From an uncultured virus (IMG/VR IMGVR_UViG_3300032295_003395) (taxonomy: Duplodnaviria; Heunggongvirae; Uroviricota; Caudoviricetes), in the IMG/VR virus record IMGVR_UViG_3300032295_003395: a stretch of 64,000 nt of DNA; one strand, given 5' to 3'. The translations under genes and the position numbers were made by a program. This document shows, piece by piece, positions 24,778 through 36,364 of the stretch. The notes beneath the pieces are model-generated. The model did no database searches. It saw only the letters and a list, made by a program, of their open reading frames with translations, and was not told where the DNA came from. Position 1 is the stretch's first letter. Every line of letters starts with the position of its first letter.

Positions 24778-26628
24778 ATGGCTATTAGAAGAGATATAAA
24801 ATATGTTGATAGAGACTTTACTTCGTTAAGAAACAGTCTCATAAATTATGCTAAAACATATTTTCCAAATACATACAATGATTTTACTCCAGCATCTCCA
24901 GGAATGATGTTTATGGAAATGGCTGCTTATGTAGGTGATGTTTTATCATTTTATGTAGATAATCAATTCCAAGAAACCTTTATACAATATTCTCGTCAAA
25001 CTCAAAATTTATATGATTTGGCGTATATGTTAGGATATAAACCAAAAGCAACAACTGCGGCAACTGTAGATATAGAATTATATCAACAACTACCAGCAAC
25101 ATTATCAGGAAGTGTAACAGTTCCAGATTTTTCATATGCTTTACAAGTTCCGGCTAATACAACAGTTGCATCAACACTTGATAGTAGTTTACAATTTTTA
25201 ATTACTGATAAAACTAATTTTGCTTTTAGCAGTTCAATGGACCCAACAGAAGTAACAGTTTATCAAACTGCAGGTGGTGTTCCTACTTACTATCTAATTA
25301 AAAAAGTTAGAAGTGCTTTATCAGCAACAATTAAAACAACATCATTTGCTTTTAATTCCCCGGTTCCTTTTGATTCAAGAACTATTACTGATACTAATAT
25401 TATTGGTATTTTAGATATTACTGATGCTACTACTGGAGATACATGGTATGAAGTAGATTATTTGGCCCAAGATTCAATATTTGAATCCCTTACTAATGCA
25501 AACCCAAATGACCCTAACTACCTTCAAAACCCAGACGTTGCTAATTTATTAAGACTAAAATCAGTTCAAAATAGATTTGCTACAAGATTTTTAGATAAAA
25601 CTAATCTTCAAATTCAATTTGGTTCAGGAAATCCTAATGATACTACTGAAGAGATTATACCTAACCCAGATAATGTTGGTTTAGGTCTTCCTGATAATCA
25701 AAGTAAGTTAACAACTGCTTACGCACCAACAAACTTTATATTTACAAATACTTATGGTATTGCACCTTCAAATACAACTTTAACAGTTAGATATCTTGTT
25801 GGTGGAGGAGTAACAGCAAATGCTCAAGCTAATGTACTTCAAAATTTAGATACTAATAATGTAACTTTTGTAAATTCAACATTATCAAACAGTAACTTAG
25901 CACAACAAATTTTTAACACGTTGTTATCTACAAACCCAAATGCCGCTTCAGGTGGTTCTGATGGAGATGATATAAATGAATTAAGACAAAACTCTTTAGG
26001 TAGTTTCCAAGGACAGTTAAGAAACGTAACATTTGATGACTATGTTGTTAGATCTTTAAGTTTACCTTCTGAATATGGAACTATAGCTAAAGTATATGCA
26101 ACAAAACCAAACGCTGCTTCAAAATCTATAAGTACTGTTGATTTATACGTATTATCTTACAATAACAATAAACAGTTAGTAAATGCTTCTGCTGGATTAA
26201 AGAGAAATTTAAATACCTATTTGTCTCAATATAAAATGATCAATGACTCAATTGGTATTAGAGATGCTTTTATTATCAATATAGGAATTGATTTTGAAAT
26301 CATTACCCTCCCAGGAGCCAACTCAGATGAAGTATTGTTAAAATGTATAACAGCATTAAGAGATATGTTTGACATTGATAAATGGCAAATCAATCAACCA
26401 ATTCTTCTAAGAAACTTATTTGTAACATTAGATGCAATTCAAGGTGTTCAAACAGTAAAAGCAATTAATGTTGTAAATAAAACTGATTCAACCCTTGGAT
26501 ATTCTAATTACGCATATGATATTTCAGCAGCAACTGCTAATAATGTTATATACCCATCATTAGATCCAATGATTTTTGAATTAAAATATCCAAATTCAGA
26601 CATACAAGGTAAAGTAGTACCTCTATAA
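24778..26628 (+). CDS. baseplate wedge subunit (T4 gp6 / baseplate J-like)
   Basis: DFTSLRNSL, LAYMLGYKP, IQFGSG, GGSDGD, RNVTFDDY. Confidence 0.88.
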   Translation: MAIRRDIKYVDRDFTSLRNSLINYAKTYFPNTYNDFTPASPGMMFMEMAAYVGDVLSFYVDNQFQETFIQYSRQTQNLYDLAYMLGYKPKATTAATVDIELYQQLPATLSGSVTVPDFSYALQVPANTTVASTLDSSLQFLITDKTNFAFSSSMDPTEVTVYQTAGGVPTYYLIKKVRSALSATIKTTSFAFNSPVPFDSRTITDTNIIGILDITDATTGDTWYEVDYLAQDSIFESLTNANPNDPNYLQNPDVANLLRLKSVQNRFATRFLDKTNLQIQFGSGNPNDTTEEIIPNPDNVGLGLPDNQSKLTTAYAPTNFIFTNTYGIAPSNTTLTVRYLVGGGVTANAQANVLQNLDTNNVTFVNSTLSNSNLAQQIFNTLLSTNPNAASGGSDGDDINELRQNSLGSFQGQLRNVTFDDYVVRSLSLPSEYGTIAKVYATKPNAASKSISTVDLYVLSYNNNKQLVNASAGLKRNLNTYLSQYKMINDSIGIRDAFIINIGIDFEIITLPGANSDEVLLKCITALRDMFDIDKWQINQPILLRNLFVTLDAIQGVQTVKAINVVNKTDSTLGYSNYAYDISAATANNVIYPSLDPMIFELKYPNSDIQGKVVPL

Positions 26629-26637
26629 TTATAAAAA

Positions 26638-27789
26638 ATGGCAGTATATAAAATATTTCCCGAAAAAGACGCAACCGTATACTCTTTATTCCCTAATATG
26701 AATACAGGGTTAGATGAGATCGTTGAAGCAACTGAAACTTCTTTTGCTTATACCGATCCGAATCCTCAAACTAGCCGTTTTTTAATTAAATTTACAAATA
26801 CTGATATAGCATCAGCAATAGATTTAATTCCCCAAAATGTTTTTGATAGTGGGTCTTGGAAAGCAAATTTACAATGTTTTATAGCTACTTCTACAGGATT
26901 ACAATCCAATACTACTGTTCAATGCTTCCCTGTTTATGGTGCTTGGGATATGGGTACTGGTAGATATTTAGATGATCCTATTCAAACTAATGGAACAAGT
27001 TGGATTTGGAGAACCTACTCAGGATCAGGTGGAGCTCAATGGGCAACAGCAAGTTATCCTGCAAATGTAACAGCTTCATATAATACAACATATGCTGTTG
27101 CAGGTGGTGGTACTTGGTATTATTCTAGTTCGGTAGCCGCATATAATCCTTTTAGTTCATCTGTAACATTTGGTTATTGGGATACCAAAGATTTGGATCT
27201 TGATGTGACTAAAATAGTTACTGCTTGGGTCACAGGATCTGTAGCAAATGAAGGATTCATTTTAAAACAAGCAGTTGAATTTATATATGATAAAGAAGTT
27301 CAACCTGAATTAAAATGGTTTTCAAGAGACACTCATACAATTTACCCTCCAGCTTTACAATTTAGTTGGAGAGATTATACCTGGAATTCAGGATCTTCAT
27401 CTATGGAGATATTAAATACACTTCCAGCAACAATTACTCTAGCTCAAAACCCAGGAACTTTTTATCCTCAAAGTTACAATAGATTTAGAATAAATGCTAG
27501 ACCTACATATCCTGCTCAATTATGGCAAACTAGTTCTGCTTATGTGAATAATTATTATTTACCAACAGCATCTTATTGGGCTGTTAAAGATTTAGATACT
27601 AATGAAATGGTAATTGACTTTGATACTCAATATACTCAATTGAGTGCGGATGCAACTTCAAGTTATTTTGATGTTTGGATGAATGGGTTAGAACCTGAAA
27701 GATATTATTCAATTTTAATTAAATCTGAAATAGCAGGAACAACTCAAGTATTTGATGATCAATATTATTTTAAAGTAATTAACGGATAA
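26638..27789 (+). CDS. virion structural protein (DNRLRE-like beta domain)
   Basis: KDATVYS..PNMNTG, DVTKIVTAW, NEGFILK, YPPAL. Confidence 0.6.
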   Translation: MAVYKIFPEKDATVYSLFPNMNTGLDEIVEATETSFAYTDPNPQTSRFLIKFTNTDIASAIDLIPQNVFDSGSWKANLQCFIATSTGLQSNTTVQCFPVYGAWDMGTGRYLDDPIQTNGTSWIWRTYSGSGGAQWATASYPANVTASYNTTYAVAGGGTWYYSSSVAAYNPFSSSVTFGYWDTKDLDLDVTKIVTAWVTGSVANEGFILKQAVEFIYDKEVQPELKWFSRDTHTIYPPALQFSWRDYTWNSGSSSMEILNTLPATITLAQNPGTFYPQSYNRFRINARPTYPAQLWQTSSAYVNNYYLPTASYWAVKDLDTNEMVIDFDTQYTQLSADATSSYFDVWMNGLEPERYYSILIKSEIAGTTQVFDDQYYFKVING

Positions 27790-28172
27790 TGGCTAATTTC
27801 CCTCTAGTTAAACAAGTATTCAGTAAAAAAGCATTTAATGATACCATTAATACAACATTTACTGAACTTACATCTTCAGCAGTTGTATCGACTAGTTCTG
27901 TATTACCTTCTGTATCCGAATTTTTTGATTATTATCAAGCTTTATTCTATCAAATACCTAAATTTGGAGACACAAATTCCCATCAATACCTTGTTATTTC
28001 AAGTCAGGACTATATCGGATCTGAAGCAGGAGGAAATGAAGTAGTTGATGCCTTAATATCAGAAGTTACAGTTCTTAGACAAGAAAATCTAGAATTACAA
28101 CAACAAATAGCTCAAAGTACAATCACCTCTGTAGAGGATGCATTAAAAAATATACAGAACATAAATGGTTAA
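27789..28172 (+). CDS. hypothetical structural protein
   Basis: overlapping stop/start in operon; C-terminal coiled coil. Confidence 0.6.
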   Translation: MANFPLVKQVFSKKAFNDTINTTFTELTSSAVVSTSSVLPSVSEFFDYYQALFYQIPKFGDTNSHQYLVISSQDYIGSEAGGNEVVDALISEVTVLRQENLELQQQIAQSTITSVEDALKNIQNING

Positions 28173-31100
28173 TATTAGTAACATAAATCCAGATACACTA
28201 ACTCTTCAAAGCATTAGCCCTGAAGATGTTTCTATTATTCCAAATACAACTATTACATCTTCTTTTAGTCCTGTAAATAGTAAAGTTGAATATTTCATTT
28301 ATGATTTTAATAATAATCTCTTATCATCTAATCCTGATTTAAGATCATATAAACCATTATTAATTACTGAAGAAGGAAACATTGTCGATATGACTATTGA
28401 TCCTGAAGCAGATGCTATTGCTGCTGGGTATGATACAGGAATTATAAAAACTATTTATAATTTTGTAACTCCTCAATTAGAATCTGATAGAGATAGTTTA
28501 TTCATCAGTGAAATATCTTCAACAAGAACAGAAGTTAGATTAAGTTCAAACACAAATCCTTTATTTAACACTGTTGGAATTGATGCTGCTACTTTTGCAA
28601 TAAGTAGTTCTAATTATGATTTATATAATACATTTAGACAAAATGTAGAAACTAATAATTATTTTGATGAATTTTACTTAAATTTTGGAAATAATATATA
28701 TGTTGTAGGGGTTAATTCATTATTAGAATTAGATTCTCAAAATAACACTATATCTTTATTAGTTAAATTATATGAACCTCTTCCAACAAACATCGGTTTA
28801 AAAACAGAGCTTTCTATTGTAACTAAAAATGCTGAATCGATTGCTTACCAAATAGAATTTGTACAAGAAAATTTATTTCAAGATTCAACAGTTAAACTTA
28901 GTGGACCAAATTACAATATTCCTTTAAAGGATGAAACAGGTCCATTAACTCAATATAAAAATTACGAAGACATCCTTTCAACAACATTGTCAGGATCTTT
29001 ATTTCAATTAATTAATAATATATCATCTTCATCTCCACAACTTTCAGTTGATTATACTGATTACGAAGATTTTATATTCTTTTCTTCAGCTTATCAGAGA
29101 TTATATAACTTTAAAGAAAAAGTTACAAATATATCTTCTTCTCAAGCTCAATTAAATTTATTGTATAGTAACGTTACTGGTCCAACAGTTAATACTCCCG
29201 CAATTTCATCGAGTAAATTGTTACTAGAAAATGAAATACAAACTATAATCGCTAGTTTTGATGGATATGAAAACTTCTTATACTATACATCAGGAGCATA
29301 TGCTTGGCCTAAATCTAATACTACAGCTCCATATGTTTTATATCCTCCTACAAGTACCCAAGCAATAAATTGGTATGCAACCCAATCAGCTGTTGCTACT
29401 GAATATGACTCTAATAATCAAAATAATTTAGATTATGTTGTTCCTGAGTATTTAAGATACAATCCTAGTAATACCAATTATATGTTATTTGTTAACTTGA
29501 TTGGTCAATTCTTTGATGAAATGTGGTTGTATACAAAAGCAATCACAGAAAAATTAGATGCTAATTCTAATTTATATGAAGGTGTTTCTAAAGATTTAGT
29601 ATCAACTGTATTAGAATCTTTAGGTACAAAAATATATGATAGTACTTATACTTTAGAAAATATATATAGTTCATTAATTGGTTTATCCGCTGGGGGTTCA
29701 TTATATCCATCCACAGGTAGCCAGTTAGTTACTAACTATGTAACAGCATCCGTTGCAAATACTGAAGATATTCCTACAATTGATGATTTTGTAAAATTAT
29801 CATATAAGAAAATTTATCATAATTTACCTTATCTTTTAAAGAAAAAAGGTACAAATGCTGGTTTAAAAGCATTAATTAACATATTTGGTATTCCTGATAC
29901 TATTTTACAAATCAATGAATTTGGTGGTAAAAATAAAGTAGGAAACAATGATTGGGATTACTGGCAAGATAAATTTAATTATAAATTAGATATTGATGGA
30001 GATGATTCTTCATATGTTAATATTCCTTGGCAAGTTAATTCATTATGGAACTCCCCAAATAATGTTCCTCAAACCCTTCAATTCAGATTCAAAACTCCTG
30101 GATTAAATTCAGCTCTTACTTCAAATTCTCAAAGTTTATGGAATTTAGATAATAATGGAGCTACAGCTGTTGTTTTAGAATACACAGGTTCAGGATATAC
30201 AAGTGGTTCATATTCAGGTTCAATTCCTAATCCATTAAATGAATATGCTTCTTTAAAATTCTTTCCCAATTATACTAACGACCCAACAATTTCCGCTAGC
30301 ATATATTTACCATTTTTTAATGGTGATTGGTGGTCTGTAATGGTTACTAGAAATAATGATGATTGGGCGTTATATGCTGCTAATAAAATTTATAATGGAG
30401 ATGATGGTTTCATTATAGGATATACAGGTTCAGCTACCGCTAGTGGTGCTGTAGAAACAGAATGGGTAAATTCCACTAATTCTTATTTAGGATCAATAGG
30501 AAATTTAACTATAGGACCTAAAACTTATACTAATTTTAGTGGTTCTTACCAAGAAGTAAGATATTATAATTCTCTTATCCCCTCAGGAACCTTTTACGAT
30601 TATGTGATGAATCCTTACTCTATTGAAGGAGTAGGAACAAATGGAGCATATGATCAATTAATGTTTAGAGGAACATTAGGAAATGATCTTTATACTGCAT
30701 CCAAATCGATGCATCCTAAGATTACTGGTTCTTTTATAACTCAATCATTTGCTTCTAATAGTAATTTTACTATTAATAGTGGAAGTTTCTCGGTAAATAG
30801 AGAATGGACTTTCCAAGACCAAATCCCAGCAGGTGTAAGAAATACAGTTTCTAAAAAAATTAAAAACATTTCTACTATTTTACCATATAGTGGATCAAAT
30901 GAAGTAAATTTACCTCAAAATACAACTTTATCTCCTTTTATTTATATAGATCAAGATAGTTACAATAGTTCTTCTTATGTAGCAGATGTTGATTATGTTG
31001 AAGTAGCATTTTCTCCTCAAAATGAAATTAATGAAGATATTAATGCTCAAATAGGATATTTTAATATTGGTGAATACATAGGAGATCCTAGATTAGTATC

Positions 31101-33594
31101 TTCCTCAGAAGAATCATACCCAGCATTAGATGTTTTAAGAGATGCTTATTTCTTAAAATATTATGCTAATTATAATTTATGGGATTACATAAGAATCATT
31201 AGATATTATGATAATGCTCTATTCAAAATGATTAAAGATTATGTACCTGTTAGAAGTTCATTAACAACAGGTATTGTAATCAAACAACATATTTTAGAAA
31301 GAAATAAATATCCTGTTCCTCAAGTTAGTACTTATACTACAACTTCATTTTATGGAAGTGGATCAACACCAAATATATCTTGGGATACTCCATTTGTTTT
31401 TCAAAATATGGAAATCACAGGTTCGCCAATCCAAATGTATGAAATTACTGGTAGTACCGGAGGTACAATGCCTGATTTATTTGGATTAACTTCATCTCAA
31501 TACACAGGAAATGGTGTAGTTAATATTACTCAAAGTTGGACTGGTTCAACACCATCTTTATTAGGACCTGTATATTTTACAGATTCAACTCAAGCAGAAT
31601 TTTTTAATGGTCAATTAAGTGGATCTACAATTATTGTTGAAACAGGTAGTTTGAGTGATTGTGAGGTAGAAATAATTGAAATATATTCAACAAGTTCTAT
31701 ATTTAATGGAAATGGTCTTTCTTCTAGTATTACATATAATAGTGCAACTGCTTTACAACGTGATATTGATGTAGATAAAACTTACTATATATCATTTACT
31801 GCAACAAATAGTGCAGGTGCACTTACCTCAGCAAGTGCTCAATTATATGATAACTCAGGAAGAGTTTTTTATTCAGGTTTAACATCTTCAGCCCCAAATC
31901 AACCAGGTCCAGGACAGTCAATTACTATAAATCAACTTCAAATATCTAATCCTTTATTTCCATTATATTTTTCAAGTGCAACGGGTGTTAACACAGCAAC
32001 TGTTACTAATATAACGTTATATGAAGATTTTATAGATCAAGATTGCCAAGTAATATACAATGATGTTTCAATAACCCGACCAAATCCTAAATTTTGGGAT
32101 GTTGATTTTGCATCAAATGCTATAACGGCTGTAAATAGAATAAATATTATTAGTGCATCAAGGGGAACAGGTAGTGCTACACCATCAACAACTCCTGAAT
32201 CAAATTATACAACAGCACGTGTTGCTAATCCAAGATATAATGGATGTGAAAATACATCTCCTGATTTTAATGTAGGATACAATGGTGGTAATCCGGTTGT
32301 AGAAAGTGATCATACTTATTTTGCTTATTTTAATTGGGTAGGAGGAACAACTCCTGAAATTATTCCAAAAGCTGGTTTTAATATTAAGTATTTAATAGAT
32401 GATGCAGGTAATATATCAACTCCTAATTTATCAAGTTCATACTATAGTAATTTAACTAGAACTTTTAATGAAAATAATAGAGCTAATATTATTTTCCTCC
32501 CAGAATCAACAAGTGGGAATGTTTCTCCTTTAAAAGGAACTAAATCTGTTATAAAAGCAGGTGCTTTAGCTCAAGCAATTATATTTTCCCAAACTGGAAG
32601 TATTGCTGCTCAAGCTTTAACAACAATGTCTTTTACAACTAATGTACTTTCTACTAACTATAATATGCAAGTATCTATAGATACTAACGATTATGGTTAT
32701 AGTACATATTATACTTTAGATTTAATCTCCCCAGCAACTTCCGGATCTGCAGCAACAACAGCTTCTTTAAGTGGAGATTATTTAGCAATTACAGCATCAA
32801 GCGCAGAAGCTCAACTTGTTCCTAAACTTTATTTAGATTTTGATTATAATGATTATGTGAATAATTATGATGCTGATGTCGACTTTATTATTGAAAAATC
32901 AACTAATAATGGAGTTTCTTGGTCAACCTATTACATGTCTAGTTCATTTATAGCTAATGGTTCTACTAATCAAGTATCAATCACAGCCACACCCGATACA
33001 ATTATTTCTGGAAGTAGATATAGGGCTAGAGTATATTATGATTTAATAGGAGGATCTCCATATACTTCGGATCCACATCTTGTTGTAAATAATGGTATTT
33101 TTTATTTTGCAACAACACCACCCTATAGTTCCCAAGTAACATCAAGCTACTGGTCTACAGGCTCAGTTTCCTCAAGTGTATTAACAGGATCCCAATTTAA
33201 TTCTGATATATATGGTATAACATATCAAAATGAAGTTACAGGATCAGGATATGACTATCCTTATCAACCTTTTACAGTACAAAGAGGAGATATAATAAGA
33301 TTTGCGGCAAATGAAACCCAAACATATCTTATTATTAACGTTTCAGCACCTTCAGAAAATGCTAATAATGCATTGTATTTAACTTTAGATAGACCTTTAG
33401 TAGTAGGAACTAATACAAATTCATTTTTGATAAAAAGATATGTTCCAAACGCTAATATTGTATTGATTGATGCTGATAAAACAGGTACCGTTGGAAGTGG
33501 AGCAGGATTTTTAATGCCTGAGTATGCTTCTGAAACACTTTTAAATAAATTCGACAGTATTGTTCAAGACTTAACCGCAAAAGGAATAATTTAA
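28165..33594 (+). CDS. large baseplate/tail protein (1809 aa)
   Basis: LPYLLKKKGTNAGLKALINIFG wedge motif; LamG-like middle region; S/T-rich. Confidence 0.7.
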   Translation: MVNISNINPDTLTLQSISPEDVSIIPNTTITSSFSPVNSKVEYFIYDFNNNLLSSNPDLRSYKPLLITEEGNIVDMTIDPEADAIAAGYDTGIIKTIYNFVTPQLESDRDSLFISEISSTRTEVRLSSNTNPLFNTVGIDAATFAISSSNYDLYNTFRQNVETNNYFDEFYLNFGNNIYVVGVNSLLELDSQNNTISLLVKLYEPLPTNIGLKTELSIVTKNAESIAYQIEFVQENLFQDSTVKLSGPNYNIPLKDETGPLTQYKNYEDILSTTLSGSLFQLINNISSSSPQLSVDYTDYEDFIFFSSAYQRLYNFKEKVTNISSSQAQLNLLYSNVTGPTVNTPAISSSKLLLENEIQTIIASFDGYENFLYYTSGAYAWPKSNTTAPYVLYPPTSTQAINWYATQSAVATEYDSNNQNNLDYVVPEYLRYNPSNTNYMLFVNLIGQFFDEMWLYTKAITEKLDANSNLYEGVSKDLVSTVLESLGTKIYDSTYTLENIYSSLIGLSAGGSLYPSTGSQLVTNYVTASVANTEDIPTIDDFVKLSYKKIYHNLPYLLKKKGTNAGLKALINIFGIPDTILQINEFGGKNKVGNNDWDYWQDKFNYKLDIDGDDSSYVNIPWQVNSLWNSPNNVPQTLQFRFKTPGLNSALTSNSQSLWNLDNNGATAVVLEYTGSGYTSGSYSGSIPNPLNEYASLKFFPNYTNDPTISASIYLPFFNGDWWSVMVTRNNDDWALYAANKIYNGDDGFIIGYTGSATASGAVETEWVNSTNSYLGSIGNLTIGPKTYTNFSGSYQEVRYYNSLIPSGTFYDYVMNPYSIEGVGTNGAYDQLMFRGTLGNDLYTASKSMHPKITGSFITQSFASNSNFTINSGSFSVNREWTFQDQIPAGVRNTVSKKIKNISTILPYSGSNEVNLPQNTTLSPFIYIDQDSYNSSSYVADVDYVEVAFSPQNEINEDINAQIGYFNIGEYIGDPRLVSSSEESYPALDVLRDAYFLKYYANYNLWDYIRIIRYYDNALFKMIKDYVPVRSSLTTGIVIKQHILERNKYPVPQVSTYTTTSFYGSGSTPNISWDTPFVFQNMEITGSPIQMYEITGSTGGTMPDLFGLTSSQYTGNGVVNITQSWTGSTPSLLGPVYFTDSTQAEFFNGQLSGSTIIVETGSLSDCEVEIIEIYSTSSIFNGNGLSSSITYNSATALQRDIDVDKTYYISFTATNSAGALTSASAQLYDNSGRVFYSGLTSSAPNQPGPGQSITINQLQISNPLFPLYFSSATGVNTATVTNITLYEDFIDQDCQVIYNDVSITRPNPKFWDVDFASNAITAVNRINIISASRGTGSATPSTTPESNYTTARVANPRYNGCENTSPDFNVGYNGGNPVVESDHTYFAYFNWVGGTTPEIIPKAGFNIKYLIDDAGNISTPNLSSSYYSNLTRTFNENNRANIIFLPESTSGNVSPLKGTKSVIKAGALAQAIIFSQTGSIAAQALTTMSFTTNVLSTNYNMQVSIDTNDYGYSTYYTLDLISPATSGSAATTASLSGDYLAITASSAEAQLVPKLYLDFDYNDYVNNYDADVDFIIEKSTNNGVSWSTYYMSSSFIANGSTNQVSITATPDTIISGSRYRARVYYDLIGGSPYTSDPHLVVNNGIFYFATTPPYSSQVTSSYWSTGSVSSSVLTGSQFNSDIYGITYQNEVTGSGYDYPYQPFTVQRGDIIRFAANETQTYLIINVSAPSENANNALYLTLDRPLVVGTNTNSFLIKRYVPNANIVLIDADKTGTVGSGAGFLMPEYASETLLNKFDSIVQDLTAKGII

Positions 33595-33621
33595 TATATT
33601 TATAACAAAATAAAAAACAAA

Positions 33622-34275
33622 ATGGGATATTTAAATAACTCAGTAGTAACAATAGACGCTATTTTAACAGATACAGGTCGTCAACTATTAGCTCAAAATG
33701 ATGGTTCTTTTAGAATCACACAATTTGCTTTAGCTGATGATGAGATTGATTATACACTTTATAATCCAAATCACCCATCAGGTTCTGCATATTACGGACA
33801 AGCAATTGAAAACATGCCCTTATTAGAGGCATTTCCTCAATCAACACAAGTAATGAAATATAAACTTGTAACTCTTCCTCGTGGAACAGCTAAAATGCCA
33901 ATCCTTGACTTGGGTTACAATGCAATTGTAATTAAACAAGGTGCTTCATTAGCTATTACTCCTCAAACATTAAATTATTTAGGTGGTAATACATTTGAAA
34001 CAAGTGGTTACACAGCAACCATTTCAGATGTTAGATTATTTAGTACATTTGAAGGTATTGGTATTAATACACCACAAGCACAAGCTCTTAATACTACAAC
34101 TACTTTAGGTACCTCAGTATCCAAAACAGTTGTTGGTACTACAATTAACATAAGAGCAACAACCATTAATACTTTATTTGGTTCAAATACTCAATTACAA
34201 GCCACATTAACAGTAGAAGGTAGAGATTCGGGAGCTAGATTAACCATCCCAGTAACAGTAACACAAGTATCCTAA
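33622..34275 (+). CDS. tail/baseplate structural protein
   Basis: DAILTDTGRQLLA, ITQFALADDEIDY. Confidence 0.65.
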   Translation: MGYLNNSVVTIDAILTDTGRQLLAQNDGSFRITQFALADDEIDYTLYNPNHPSGSAYYGQAIENMPLLEAFPQSTQVMKYKLVTLPRGTAKMPILDLGYNAIVIKQGASLAITPQTLNYLGGNTFETSGYTATISDVRLFSTFEGIGINTPQAQALNTTTTLGTSVSKTVVGTTINIRATTINTLFGSNTQLQATLTVEGRDSGARLTIPVTVTQVS

Positions 34276-34285
34276 TATATAAATT

Positions 34286-35344
34286 ATGTCATTTACTAGA
34301 CTAGACGCAGCCGATTTTGTAATAAGCACAGATGCTATTTCATCTACCTTATGGTCCAATAATTCCCCTGCATTAACATCCGTTTTTACTTCTTCAGTTC
34401 AAGTAAATGGATCCTCAGGAAATTTTTATACAAATGTTTTTGATTCTTCAACTTCAGGATCTGTACAGTTTGCTATTGCTTATGGTAATGCAAATGGTAG
34501 TGGAAGTTTAGCTTATAATACAGCAGTTGATGGGTATTCACCTACAAGTACCATTTATGGACAATGGCAAGATTTGGTAATAGGTGATGAAAATACAAAC
34601 TTTACATTTGGTGCTATTACATCTTCTCAATTTTATGCTTTAACTTTTGAAAGAGCAAGGTATAAAGATGCTTTATTTTTAGGTTCTTTATCCTTAACAT
34701 TATCAGGATCAACAACTGGAGGGTCAATAACATTAACTGATAATAGTAATTATGTTCAATCCGTTCAATTCTGTGAAGCAGGTAGAGTATTCCAATTAAT
34801 TACAGGTTCATCAGGTGTAAGATCATCTAATTTAACAAGAAACACACCCGATGGTTATTCAGCTACTTCAGGTTCTTATGGTTGGTTTTTACCAGATATT
34901 GGAACTATTTTGTTAAATCCTTTAGCATTAGCTCAACCTGCTATTAGTGGTGGTATTAATTTTCAATACAGTGGTTCAGCATCTGCATCTGCAGCCCCAG
35001 CAGTTTCTCCTAATATTGCCTTGTTTAATTCATTAAGTTCATCATTAGCTAATTTAGGTTCATCAGCTGATTTTTATATTAATGCACAAGAATCAATAAC
35101 TTCAGATTTTATATTTGTAAGACCTAGAAGTGTAGAATATAACTACTCAGAAAACCCAAGCTTTATTTCAGGTTCAACAGGTGAGGTATTATATTCTTCA
35201 TTTATTAATAATCCACAAACATATATTACAACAATTGGATTATATAATGATACAAACCAATTATTAGCCGTTGCTAAATTGTCAAGACCTTTACCAAAAG
35301 ACTTTACAAAAGAAGCACTAATTCGCGTTAAGCTAGATTTCTAA
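34286..35344 (+). CDS. baseplate/tail-fibre attachment protein
   Basis: C-terminal YITTIGLYND..LLAVAKLSRPLPK. Confidence 0.65.
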   Translation: MSFTRLDAADFVISTDAISSTLWSNNSPALTSVFTSSVQVNGSSGNFYTNVFDSSTSGSVQFAIAYGNANGSGSLAYNTAVDGYSPTSTIYGQWQDLVIGDENTNFTFGAITSSQFYALTFERARYKDALFLGSLSLTLSGSTTGGSITLTDNSNYVQSVQFCEAGRVFQLITGSSGVRSSNLTRNTPDGYSATSGSYGWFLPDIGTILLNPLALAQPAISGGINFQYSGSASASAAPAVSPNIALFNSLSSSLANLGSSADFYINAQESITSDFIFVRPRSVEYNYSENPSFISGSTGEVLYSSFINNPQTYITTIGLYNDTNQLLAVAKLSRPLPKDFTKEALIRVKLDF

Positions 35345-35349
35345 AATGA

Positions 35350-36363
35350 ATGGGCGCATACAAACAATTTCTAGCATCGGATATAATAATAACCCCGTTT
35401 GAGGTTAGTAAAGGATTTTCCTATAAGGGAAATGAATTAACTGGATCTGATGTTGGTATTGATAGGTTTTTAGGAACAAACATTTCTGGAACCCTATTTA
35501 ACCCATCAACTTCCCCTACAACAGGTCAAGTATCAACTCAATATCAAACTTTAGTATATAGTTCTATTAAAGAATTATATTATTCAAATTATTTGAGTTC
35601 ATCATATGGAGACAATGCCGTAACAGCAAGTATATTTCCTGGGTCCCAACCTGAAGGAAATGTATTGGTAGGTGTTAATCAATCAGATGGGAGATATTAC
35701 AACTATAATCAATCAACTTTAACCTTTGAGAAATTTTTTCCAACAGGAAGTGGAGATAAAATAGCAGTATTATCTATTCCTTCTAAATTATACGGAAATT
35801 ATGTTCAACCAAATTCATTTAATTGGTCTTGTCCTAGTGGTTCTGTATATGATGATGGAGAAGGAAATTTAATATTATCTTCATCCGGAGAAATTTGTGG
35901 TCAAATATTTTATCCTCATGGTTTAGCTATAATTACTAGTGATAGTACTCCTGGATTAGATGGTTATGGTTTTATCACATATGGTAGTGGTATATATGGA
36001 GCGGCATCAACAGCAGTTATAGATAATTTTGTAACATCATCAAATGTAACTTGTTCATTTTCCTCTTCTCTTACTATTTATGAAACACAATATAAGTGTA
36101 CTTTAAGAGATAATGAATATAATTTTACATTAAATCCATCATCAACCTCCGGAAGTACTTTTATTACTAGTTCAATAGGAACTTTTTATACTCCGGGACA
36201 ATTTTTAAATAACAATATAACCGGTTCAGATTTTTCCCCTTATATTACTACAGTTGGATTATATGATGAATATCAAAATTTATTAGCAGTAGGAAAATTA
36301 TCTCAACCACTCCCAGTTTCACCAACTACAGATACTACAATACTTATTAATATAGATAGATAA
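35350..36363 (+). CDS. baseplate/tail-fibre attachment protein (paralogue of previous)
   Basis: C-terminal YITTVGLYDE..LLAVGKLSQPLP. Confidence 0.65.
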   Translation: MGAYKQFLASDIIITPFEVSKGFSYKGNELTGSDVGIDRFLGTNISGTLFNPSTSPTTGQVSTQYQTLVYSSIKELYYSNYLSSSYGDNAVTASIFPGSQPEGNVLVGVNQSDGRYYNYNQSTLTFEKFFPTGSGDKIAVLSIPSKLYGNYVQPNSFNWSCPSGSVYDDGEGNLILSSSGEICGQIFYPHGLAIITSDSTPGLDGYGFITYGSGIYGAASTAVIDNFVTSSNVTCSFSSSLTIYETQYKCTLRDNEYNFTLNPSSTSGSTFITSSIGTFYTPGQFLNNNITGSDFSPYITTVGLYDEYQNLLAVGKLSQPLPVSPTTDTTILINIDR

Positions 36364-36364
36364 A